This document shows, in pieces, positions 19,527-27,728 of a DNA stretch of 64,000 nucleotides. The notes under the pieces were generated by a model. It did not search any database, had not been told where the DNA came from, and saw only the letters and a list, made by a program, of their open reading frames with translations. How positions within the stretch are numbered: position 1 is the stretch's first letter; each line of letters begins with the position of its first letter. A program made the position numbers and the translations under genes. The stretch lies in assembly GCA_046482545.1 (NCBI GenBank), contig JAWOEX010000022.1, positions 32,001-96,000 of the forward strand, in the 5' to 3' direction. This stretch comes from Candidatus Thorarchaeota archaeon. GTDB lineage: Archaea > Asgardarchaeota > Thorarchaeia > Thorarchaeales > Thorarchaeaceae.

Positions 19527-20575
19527 TGTGCAAGACTACAACAGACATCTAGGAAAACGGGATGTAACCCCTTCTCCTTGGCGAAATCAACCCCCTCTTG
19601 ACTCGGTAAAGAAAGGCCATTGACGCCCGCGCGAATAGCCAATCTGTCGGTCTGTATTTTGTGAGTTCCAAGAGGCCTAGCGCAACCTAGCAAGAGAGGG
19701 GTTTGTTTCAAACCAAGCCTAGCTACAGTAAGCAGTTTACCAACAACTTCGGGAGCAGGGGGAGTTACATTTTCCATTGGAGTGTCCCTGATCGGAGTGA
19801 GAATAATGATCACCAGAGCTGCAGGTGAGAAATCTGCAACCATATCTATAGCCTTTAGTTCGCCCCCAAGTTGGCCATAGTTTAAGCCTACAAGAATATG
19901 TGGAGTTGTTGGAATCTCTAGCTCGGTTAGCAATCTCAGTGATTTTCTCATCCGGTGTTTGCCATCTTCGAGATGATAGATTCGCTTCGCTACATCCAAG
20001 GAGCCGATGATATCGAGCATTGCTGCATCAACATTTGCCCTCTTAAGCATCAGAGCAGTCTCTTCGGTTACAAGGCCAGTATGAACCACAACCTTAAGGC
20101 CTAACTCCTTGGCATAGGCGATTGCCTCACCAAATTGGTTAAGCGGAACATATCCCGAAGAATCTGACCCTCCACTAATCAGTACACCCTCCCCTCCGCG
20201 CTCACTAATCTTCTGGCATTCACTCATGAGATCCTCAGGAGTGACCGCGGGGTCCATGCCTTTCAGCAATCTTCCTTTACAATGCTCACACATCAAGGAG
20301 CATGACAAACCTGTTATACTGAGTGACCGAAAGTTATATCGATTTGCTTGTTGATGACTGTTTATCCGGTAAGGATATGCAGTGGGGCTATAACAGAGGA
20401 GTTCATTGCCGAAGTAATCCACTCTTGATTGAAAAGCCTCTTCCATAAACGGTACAGTGGCCTCAAAGGGCGATTCAAGAATTTTTCGTCCATCTTGGAG
20501 TATCTTAAAGGTCAAGTCGCTAGCCGAATACCCATAGTCTACACGGACTATTAGCATTTTGATACCAGACAACAA
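19511..20575 (-). CDS. radical SAM protein, biotin-synthase-like; probable LipS1 lipoyl synthase component
   Basis: SITG..CSLMCEHC (CX3CX2C), LISGG, GCARP and a C-terminal CC motif. Start uncertain. Confidence 0.75.
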   Translation of the reverse strand: MLSGIKMLIVRVDYGYSASDLTFKILQDGRKILESPFEATVPFMEEAFQSRVDYFGNELLCYSPTAYPYRINSHQQANRYNFRSLSITGLSCSLMCEHCKGRLLKGMDPAVTPEDLMSECQKISERGGEGVLISGGSDSSGYVPLNQFGEAIAYAKELGLKVVVHTGLVTEETALMLKRANVDAAMLDIIGSLDVAKRIYHLEDGKHRMRKSLRLLTELEIPTTPHILVGLNYGQLGGELKAIDMVADFSPAALVIIILTPIRDTPMENVTPPAPEVVGKLLTVARLGLKQTPLLLGCARPLGTHKIQTDRLAIRAGVNGLSLPSQEGVDFAKEKGLHPVFLDVCCSLAHQSLP

Positions 20576-20635
20576 GTTACAAGTATATCTTCTTCATGGA
20601 ATCAACAAGAGGCTTATGACCGTATCTACGATTGG

Positions 20636-22078
20636 GTGATTGAATTGGCAAACAAAAAAACTGATGGCATTGATGTCTTCTTCAACGCTAGAAATGTTGC
20701 AATCTATGGCGCATCTCAGTCACCTAATAGCGTTGGACAGGCAATAGTCCAGAACTTCATAAAACCGCAGTACACAGGAAAGGTGTACGCTGTTAATCCG
20801 AAGTATGACCAAGTCCTTGGTGTCCCTTGTTATCCAAATCTACAGGAGATACCAAGCCCTGTAGATCTTGTTGTGGTAGCAGTACCGGCCCGAATAGCCC
20901 CCCAGGTTTTCGAGGACATTGCCGAAAAAGGCTCAAAGGCGGCAATCGTGATTTCCGGCGGTTTCTCTGAGACTGGCGAAAAGGGCGCACAATTGGAAGA
21001 TGAAATAGTTGATATTGCACAGGAGCACGACATCCGTATAATTGGCCCTAATTGTGTTGGTGTCATTGATACTCAAACAAATGTGGATACCTTCTTCCTG
21101 CCGGAATACCGTTGCGGCAGACCAAAACCAAGCAACGTGGCAAATATTTCGCTTGTCTCTCAGTCGGGTGCATTTGCGGCTGCCATATCAGATTGGACAT
21201 CAGAATTGGGCCTTGGAATCAGTAAAATCATCAGTCTAGGAAACAAATGTGATGTTGATGACGACGACCTCTTAGCCTATCTCGCTGATGATGATTCAAC
21301 ACAGGTTATCTGTTACTATACTGAAGGCTATGACAAGATGGGAGGTCGTTCATTCTACAGATGCGCAAAGGAGGTTACACCCCACAAGCCAGTAATTATT
21401 TGTAAATCAGGCAGGGGAGAGAAAGCAAAACAAGCTGCTAGTTCTCATACCGGATCGCTTGCTGGATCAGACAACATCGCTGGTGCGGCATACAAGCAAT
21501 CTGGCATAATACGCGCTGACAACTTTGAGTACATGTTTGATATGGCAAAGGGCCTAGCAATGCAACCACCTGCCAAAGGAGATAGAGTTCTCATAGTGAC
21601 TAATGGGGGCGGCTTGGGTGTAATGACCACCGACGCCCTTGAATCGATTGGTTTAGCTATTCCACGGCCATCCCCCGAATTACGAGAAAGATTGAATGAA
21701 AGGTTGCCGGGGTATTGCGCCATAGGGAACCCTATTGATGTTGTCGGAGATTCAGATTCATCCCGCTATGACATTGCCTTCGAGGAGGCCATAGGCAGCG
21801 GGGAATACGATATCATCGTCGTAGGTATGTTACTGCAAACGCCTAGTCTTGGAATGGACATAACCAATGTGATTGCCAATTATCAGCGACAAACAGAATT
21901 TCCATTCGTTGTGGTATCGATGGGTGGTTCATTTACGACGAAAGCTGGCGAGGTTATGGAGCTTATGGGCTGTCCGACATATGCCACAGGAGAAAAAGCA
22001 GCATTAGCTGCCAAAGCACTTGCTCAATTTGGAAAAATCAAATTCAGCGACAAATTCAATGAAACGGTAGATGTCTAA
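20636..22078 (+). CDS. acdA: acyl-CoA synthetase (ADP-forming) alpha subunit
   Basis: CoA-binding N-terminus, GPNCVG, SQSGA, active-site SHTGSLAG, TNGGG.G, NPIDV.GD. Confidence 0.95.
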   Translation: MIELANKKTDGIDVFFNARNVAIYGASQSPNSVGQAIVQNFIKPQYTGKVYAVNPKYDQVLGVPCYPNLQEIPSPVDLVVVAVPARIAPQVFEDIAEKGSKAAIVISGGFSETGEKGAQLEDEIVDIAQEHDIRIIGPNCVGVIDTQTNVDTFFLPEYRCGRPKPSNVANISLVSQSGAFAAAISDWTSELGLGISKIISLGNKCDVDDDDLLAYLADDDSTQVICYYTEGYDKMGGRSFYRCAKEVTPHKPVIICKSGRGEKAKQAASSHTGSLAGSDNIAGAAYKQSGIIRADNFEYMFDMAKGLAMQPPAKGDRVLIVTNGGGLGVMTTDALESIGLAIPRPSPELRERLNERLPGYCAIGNPIDVVGDSDSSRYDIAFEEAIGSGEYDIIVVGMLLQTPSLGMDITNVIANYQRQTEFPFVVVSMGGSFTTKAGEVMELMGCPTYATGEKAALAAKALAQFGKIKFSDKFNETVDV

Positions 22079-22134
22079 GAAACCATAAATAAGAAGGAAA
22101 TTTGTTCATGACAATGATATAGAGGTCTGATAGA

Positions 22135-22857
22135 TTGAAGATTGCAAAGGAAATATTCAAAACCGCACGCAGAGAAGGCAGGAGCTTTGTTTTGGAGCAT
22201 GAAGCCAAGAAAATCATGCAGGCATATGAGATTCCTGTACCCGAATTCAGTACAGCTGCTACAGCTGACAATGCTATTGAGGAAAGCCAGAAGATAGGAT
22301 ATCCAGTAGTTCTAAAGATTCTATCGAAGGATGTGCTTCACAAGTCTGATGCAGGTGGAGTTAAAATCAATTTGAACAGTGATGACGAGGTCAGAGAGGC
22401 CTTTGACAAGATTATGGAGAATGCTAAGGCTTATGGCGAAGAGCAAGGAGTAGATATAGACCTCAGCAGAGGTGTGTTCATTTCAGACTTCGCAGAAGAA
22501 GGAACTGAGGTAATCATTGGAGTTACAGAAGATCCTCAATTTGGCCATGCTCTGATGTTTGGCCTTGGGGGTATATTTGTGGAGGTTCTCAAGGATGTAA
22601 CCTTCCGATTAATTCCACTGATGGAGGTGGACGCACGCGAGATGGTCAGGGAAATAAAGGCCTCAAAAATTCTTGACGGGGTAAGGGGTGAGCCTCCAAG
22701 AGACGTGGATGCACTGGTTGAAGTGATTATGGCAGTCTCAAAAATGGTAGAAGAGAATCCGGAGATATCTGAGCTAGATTGTAATCCTACTTTCGTGTAT
22801 GAGGCTGGAAAGGGGGCTACAGTGGTCGATGCACGCATTCTAATAGAAAAGGATTAG
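22135..22857 (+). CDS. acdB: acyl-CoA synthetase (ADP-forming) beta subunit (ATP-grasp)
   Basis: GYPVVLK...HKSDAGGV, DPQFG..MFGLGGIFVE, ELDCNP, VDARI. Confidence 0.95.
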   Translation: MKIAKEIFKTARREGRSFVLEHEAKKIMQAYEIPVPEFSTAATADNAIEESQKIGYPVVLKILSKDVLHKSDAGGVKINLNSDDEVREAFDKIMENAKAYGEEQGVDIDLSRGVFISDFAEEGTEVIIGVTEDPQFGHALMFGLGGIFVEVLKDVTFRLIPLMEVDAREMVREIKASKILDGVRGEPPRDVDALVEVIMAVSKMVEENPEISELDCNPTFVYEAGKGATVVDARILIEKD

Positions 22858-24200
22858 CTGACCTGCTCATTTAGAAGTCGGTCTACCGCTATCAGACCTA
22901 ATTTCAGATTCGAATGTGAGAAAGTATCTGCTTCATCTCTCATTGAGCTAATCGAAAGGAGAAACACAAGTGACAGTAATCTGGGAACTAGTCCTGTATG
23001 CTCAAGCAGGAATTCTCGGTTTCCGGTTGCATCCACAATCAAACCTTCGAGTCTACGGCTGAGCAAGCTCAAATGATGACCTAGCTCTTCTGAGAAGTCC
23101 ATTTCATTGAACAGACGCTCAAACTGGGATGTATTCTTCAAGAATTCTGCTGGCATTCCAGCTTTTTGAAGAAGTGTCATTGCGTTGACAATAGATGTTT
23201 CGTACTCGTTAGAACCCACTCTGGAATGGGCTTGTTTGGCAGTATCAAATTGAACCAGAAAACGTAACGAATTGGTCAAGATGTTTCTTGAAATACTCGG
23301 CATAGTAGAGGATACCTGTGTGAGTAGTTCACTATGTTTATCTTCAAATCTTGCTGCTTGTGAAGACTCAAGACTATCTTCAAATTCGGAGGAAATTTTG
23401 ACTTCTGCCGTCTTTGGCAACCATTCGTTAGTTCCTATTCGTCTTACTGCTGTTAACGCTACAAATTCCTCCTTGCAAATGTGGAACAGGAGGATTCGAA
23501 CTAGGTCATAGGCAATTTCAAAATCCTCTTCGTTGACTCTCGTTTTTCCCTTGCTACGGGCAGAAGCTGCACAGAGAATAGCCCACGAACTGATTACCAT
23601 TCCACAAAGACCCTTGCGGTCCTTGTCAGGAAAATTGTGTTGTCGGAGAAAGCGGGATAGACGCTCGGCAGCTCCATCAATTCTTCCCAGTGCACTACTT
23701 CCCATCTTCACCGAGCCCAGTGATTTTAGGAAATCACGGGGATCTCGTGAAGGCGGGCGGATGATGAAGCTGGGACTTGTCCTATTCATCCGCCACCATT
23801 TGTTGGTCGAAAGAAAATAGTCAAGGACATCTATTGATTGTGTTAAATCCGAGATTGTTGTGCTATCTCTTGTATCAAGATATGCTACTAACTTTGAGCA
23901 AAGAGACAAGAACCGGGATAGATGGGTATGTAATTCCTCACCTGCAAATCGACAATCCGAGAATCGATTAACAAGAGATTCGATTCTCTTGGAAGCTCCT
24001 CTTGAAAGATCACATCTCGCTAAGCCCTGATATACATCTATTGGCTTTCTTGCCAAGACTCCATATCTCCAGTATTCTCTCTTGTACGGGGTAGAAATCA
24101 TTCTCCAAATATAAAAGACTGTGTCATTAGGCCAATGAGAGGAATCAGTGACCATAACGTCTGGAGCGCTGTTCATAAGATCGGAGAGCACGCCATACAT
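22854..24200 (-). CDS. hypothetical protein with four tandem AAA+-lid-like helical repeats
   Basis: 448-aa ORF. The repeated module ends like ASARSKGKTRVNEEDFEIAYDL. The start may lie downstream because the ORF overlaps uppS. Confidence 0.6.
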   Translation of the reverse strand: MYGVLSDLMNSAPDVMVTDSSHWPNDTVFYIWRMISTPYKREYWRYGVLARKPIDVYQGLARCDLSRGASKRIESLVNRFSDCRFAGEELHTHLSRFLSLCSKLVAYLDTRDSTTISDLTQSIDVLDYFLSTNKWWRMNRTSPSFIIRPPSRDPRDFLKSLGSVKMGSSALGRIDGAAERLSRFLRQHNFPDKDRKGLCGMVISSWAILCAASARSKGKTRVNEEDFEIAYDLVRILLFHICKEEFVALTAVRRIGTNEWLPKTAEVKISSEFEDSLESSQAARFEDKHSELLTQVSSTMPSISRNILTNSLRFLVQFDTAKQAHSRVGSNEYETSIVNAMTLLQKAGMPAEFLKNTSQFERLFNEMDFSEELGHHLSLLSRRLEGLIVDATGNREFLLEHTGLVPRLLSLVFLLSISSMRDEADTFSHSNLKLGLIAVDRLLNEQVS

Positions 24201-24921
24201 CGATACGCCTCACCGCAGGCCAGTAGATTTGCGCAAAATACAGCTCGGAATATGCCGATTGCCAAAGGAGAAAACCAGATAGTCGTTCTTCTCCAGATGT
24301 GCGTATTATCAAATCTGGGTCACGTATGCCATTAGTATAAAGGTGAGTCTCAACAATGCCCTCGTCGATTTCATCAGGTGATAGCCCACCTGATTTGATT
24401 TCACGACCAATCTCTTTCACCGCATCAACAAGTTCTGCTCTACCCGAATAGCCTATGGCAACATTGAGAATGTGCTTGTGGTAATCCTTTGTCTCTTCTT
24501 CCGCCATTTGTATAGCCTCGGCAACTTCTTCGGGCAGCAAGTCGACTCTTCCGATTGCGCGTATCCTGACTTGATGCTTGTGGATGTCGGGATTCCCAAC
24601 TACCTCCGAGAATTTCTCTCGGGCAATCTCCATGATTTCGCTAACTTCCCTTTCAGCCCTCTGAAAATTTTCAAGCGAGAAGGCGTAGATGGTACAGATT
24701 TTGACACCCGATTCCCAGAGAATTTTCAAAACTTCCATTACTTTCTGTGCACCACGCCGGTGACCGTACCATGGCGTGTCAAGCCCATGCTCTCTGGCAT
24801 ACCGCCTGTTTCCATCAAGAATCACACCAACGTGCTCTGGAGCATTTTCCTTGTCCAGCTGGCGATTTAACCACCATTCGTACAATCTATAAACTGGTCC
24901 GGCGATATTCATGCTCGACAC
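24145..24921 (-). CDS. uppS: cis-prenyl (polyprenyl) diphosphate synthase
   Basis: HVGVILDGNRRYA, YAFSLENF.R, DPDLIIRTSGEERLSGFLLWQ, RRYG. Confidence 0.97.
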   Translation of the reverse strand: MSSMNIAGPVYRLYEWWLNRQLDKENAPEHVGVILDGNRRYAREHGLDTPWYGHRRGAQKVMEVLKILWESGVKICTIYAFSLENFQRAEREVSEIMEIAREKFSEVVGNPDIHKHQVRIRAIGRVDLLPEEVAEAIQMAEEETKDYHKHILNVAIGYSGRAELVDAVKEIGREIKSGGLSPDEIDEGIVETHLYTNGIRDPDLIIRTSGEERLSGFLLWQSAYSELYFAQIYWPAVRRIDVWRALRSYEQRSRRYGH

Positions 24922-24984
24922 ATATCCTCGTTAATCAAGCCTAAATTGGATGTTAAAAGATTTGATGATGTCGGACTTGTTTCA

Positions 24985-25356
24985 CTAAATCATTGTCGCG
25001 ACTTTCGCAGCAGCCCGTTTCATGTCCAAAAAAACCAGTCCGAGTTTTGCATTGGCAGTAGTAGAAACTGTAAGGCAAGCGTTCATGCCAGCCTGAATTA
25101 CCAGAAGCCACCCATCATCGCCTTTGATATTAACCTGCTCAAGATCCCCCTTTCCTAGCTCAATAGCAGCCTTCTCTCCCAAGGTCAACATTGCGGCTGT
25201 CATCGCAGCGACCTTGGCCTCATCGACATTCGTAGGCAGGGCTGATACTATAGGCAATCCTTCTACACTAACTATTGCACATGCCTGTATCTCAGGAATA
25301 CTACCTTGCAACTCGTTTAGTACGCTTTCCAGCGTTTCACCTCGCGATTCCGCCAT
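24985..25356 (-). CDS. roadblock/LC7 (MglB-like) protein
   Basis: IVSVEGLPIVS.LP...VAAMTAAML.LGE...ELGKG.L...AKLGLVF. Confidence 0.92.
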   Translation of the reverse strand: MAESRGETLESVLNELQGSIPEIQACAIVSVEGLPIVSALPTNVDEAKVAAMTAAMLTLGEKAAIELGKGDLEQVNIKGDDGWLLVIQAGMNACLTVSTTANAKLGLVFLDMKRAAAKVATMI

Positions 25357-25370
25357 CTGTTTTCTCACCT

Positions 25371-25934
25371 TTACTTGTACATACGCTTGAGTATTACCTC
25401 TCGTGCTATAGCTTGGAATGCCCTCTTAACTCCAACGCCTTGTATGGCAATGGTTTCATAGACGGGTATGTTCCCACCTAGCCCCAAAACGTCGAGCATC
25501 TCATCTCGTGACATCCTGTTAGGAAGATCTCTCTTATTGAGCATAATTACAATAGGAACCTCGCGTTGGAGCGCATCCCCCATGAACATTTTCAGCTCCT
25601 CGAAAGATTCCGCATTCTCATCTCTTTGATCTGGTGATGAATCAGCCACAAATAGAATACCATCCGTCCCTTGTAGCACAACCTTCCTCTGATGGCGATG
25701 TCTCTTCTGGCCAGCTACTGTAAATACGTCAAACAGAACCCTGCCTCCTGCACTCATGGGCACATAGTCGAAGAAGAGGGTTCGATTTGTCTCATCTTCA
25801 ATTGAAGTAAAGTCCCCCTTCTGTAGCCCTTCGACTTTACCATATAACCATCTTAATGCTGTAGTCTTTCCACCTAAGCTTGGGCCATAGAATACTATCT
25901 TTAGGTGAATACGGCCTTTATCGTCCTTCCTCAT
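25371..25934 (-). CDS. MglA-like small Ras-superfamily GTPase
   Basis: KIVFYGPSLGGKTT, RTLFFD (intrinsic Arg finger), TVAGQ, FVADS, NKRD. Confidence 0.92.
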   Translation of the reverse strand: MRKDDKGRIHLKIVFYGPSLGGKTTALRWLYGKVEGLQKGDFTSIEDETNRTLFFDYVPMSAGGRVLFDVFTVAGQKRHRHQRKVVLQGTDGILFVADSSPDQRDENAESFEELKMFMGDALQREVPIVIMLNKRDLPNRMSRDEMLDVLGLGGNIPVYETIAIQGVGVKRAFQAIAREVILKRMYK

Positions 25935-26170
25935 TGCAAACCACCTTTGTATCGGCTACAGTTCCGTAACTGCCGAATTGAGACATGTGAATTCCCAAGT
26001 CTGGGCCATATGGCAGGGAATATGTAGGAGTAATAGTCGTCACATCCTTGAGTGAAAGGAAGATTCCTAGGTTGTATCCCCTAGTACGGGGTCGGCTGCC
26101 GTTAGAGTCTGGCCTAATAAAAGGCTTTGTGGCACACATCGTAAGGCCCTTGCCAATATTGAGGAACTCG

Positions 26171-26638
26171 CTAGACTTTCTCGAGCTCTTCCAAAGCCTG
26201 TTTAAGCCCTTCCTCGTCAAGCTCTTTACTCTTAGCAGGAGTTGTTGTTTCAACTGCCAAGAATTTGTCCAGTTCGTCAGCCAATTCCTTGCCTTGTTTC
26301 TTCATAACAAGCCGGATGAGTCCGATGTTTACTTCAGCTCCGGAAACGACGCTAAGAACACCTTTCCCACAAGCTGATGCAAAAATTTTCCCATCGGAGA
26401 ATTCAGAGGTAACTATCTCCAAGTCACCGATTTGAAGATTCTTACCTTGTTCTTCACTTGCACAGAAAACCGCGCTGGCAATAGCACCAATAGAATCGGT
26501 ATCAACAGGGAAAGGAGCCAACTTGGATACATTGGCAATCGTTAGGCCGGTCTTATCAGTCAAGATGACACGCTTAATCCCTTTATCCTGCCTAATAATC
26601 TCAGTCAAGATTTTGTCGAATTGTTTTGGGTCGCTCAT
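26171..26638 (-). CDS. roadblock/LC7 domain protein with C-terminal helix
   Basis: ILTDKTGL.IA...IGAIASAVF..SEEQG..L..G.L...NIGLIR. Confidence 0.88.
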   Translation of the reverse strand: MSDPKQFDKILTEIIRQDKGIKRVILTDKTGLTIANVSKLAPFPVDTDSIGAIASAVFCASEEQGKNLQIGDLEIVTSEFSDGKIFASACGKGVLSVVSGAEVNIGLIRLVMKKQGKELADELDKFLAVETTTPAKSKELDEEGLKQALEELEKV

Positions 26639-26660
26639 AATCACATTACCCTCTCAAACT

Positions 26661-26954
26661 TTATTTCTTAAGGACTATTAGAATCAAGCCCTCTTTCTCA
26701 TCAGGCGCGATATTAATCTGACCTTTAGATGTGTCAAGTGTAAGGAACGACAGCGAGCCCTCTTTGAGCTCTCGTACTGCGTCCAAAGCTTTACCAACAA
26801 GAGATGTCACAATTGCTGCGATATTCTCAGTTGTTTGAGCGTCGAGATCACTACTCAGGGGTAGTCCTTCCATGCTTGTCACAATCACGCCGCGAACTCC
26901 TTCCTGAGCTTTGAGCTTGGAAAGGATTGATTGTAGTCTTTCTTGGCTTATCAA
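26661..26954 (-). CDS. roadblock/LC7 protein resembling the dynein light chain DYNLRB
   Basis: [14 protein letters not shown]...EGLP.SS.LD..TT...LV.KA...VRE.....LSFL.L..SK..I.IAPD follows the DYNLRB pattern. Confidence 0.88.
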   Translation of the reverse strand: MISQERLQSILSKLKAQEGVRGVIVTSMEGLPLSSDLDAQTTENIAAIVTSLVGKALDAVRELKEGSLSFLTLDTSKGQINIAPDEKEGLILIVLKK

Positions 26955-27091
26955 CTTCTGGAATCCCCACTGATGGCAATCATGCTCTTGGCATCTAGTA
27001 GGCCACTTTTGGGTATTTTAGACTTGTGGCAATGTGTTATCTGAAATATGCCCTAATTGCGCAAAAGATACCATAATGTAATGCACTATCT

Positions 27092-27631
27092 GTATAACCC
27101 ATTTCTTACAGCTGAGTAAACTGCGTGAAACTTCTGTGTTCCACCCTTCCCCTGCCAGCGTCGCCGCTCCTACGGTACCCGTAGGCCCGTGAGTCAGCAG
27201 GGGCTTTGTCCGCGTTCACTGGAATGGGATTCCTCCCGCGGTCCTGGCTTCCTTCTCCTGTCGTCATCCCGGGTCATCACTCCCGGCAACAGCGAGGTCT
27301 TCCACAGTCTTTGCCACGGCGTGGTCATGATCACCCACCTCAGCCTTGTCACCGTAGCTGAGAAGGACCATCTAGACATGGTGAACAGCCGCGGACTCTC
27401 CGGAACCTGATGAAGTTCCTTCAATGGAGAGTGGGGACTTCTGTTTAGTGGAACGGATACACCTCACAGCTTTCGGGGCTGAGCGCTTCTCCCGTTGGGA
27501 GTGGCTCACCGCCCTAATCCTACTGATATTCGGTACTGTAGTCTGTCTAATGAATTTTTCTTTGGTCACAAAAAGGGCTCGATGAAATCTTACACTTTAC
27601 TGTGCTGATTTACTTAGGACTTTGTAAGATT
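27092..27631. mobile_element. copy A of an uncharacterised ~540-bp structured non-coding element (candidate non-autonomous IS / ncRNA)
   Basis: Colinear with 55921-56455 from gtataaccc...ttcttacag to about 27428, and again at the far end tgctgatt..ttagga.tttgtaagatt. Many hairpins and no conserved ORF. Confidence 0.7.
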
Positions 27632-27728
27632 TACAAAGCTCTTGAACTCCTGAGTTGTTTTTGTTCCTTTCCACCAATCATTTATGCGAGGATTGTTGCA
27701 TACCGGTAGTACAACCGGGGACACGAAC

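Noticed and set aside
27401-27420. CTGATGA as a hammerhead ribozyme core
   Set aside because: It is the loop of a local ggaac/gttcc hairpin, lacks a correctly placed GAAA and stem II, and is not conserved in copy B.
27189-27424. Short ORFs within element copies A and B as real proteins
   Set aside because: The equivalent frames in copy B contain stop codons and indels. Amino-acid similarity is explained by DNA homology, although origin from a decayed gene is not fully excluded.
27092-27520. Repeat element as RNase P RNA, SRP (7S) RNA, or a group I/II intron
   Set aside because: There is no complete RNase P P4 pair (GAGGAAAGUCC / matching 3' strand), no SRP helix-8 motif and no group II domain V or group I P7. 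Multiple diverged copies are also unlike these single-copy genes.
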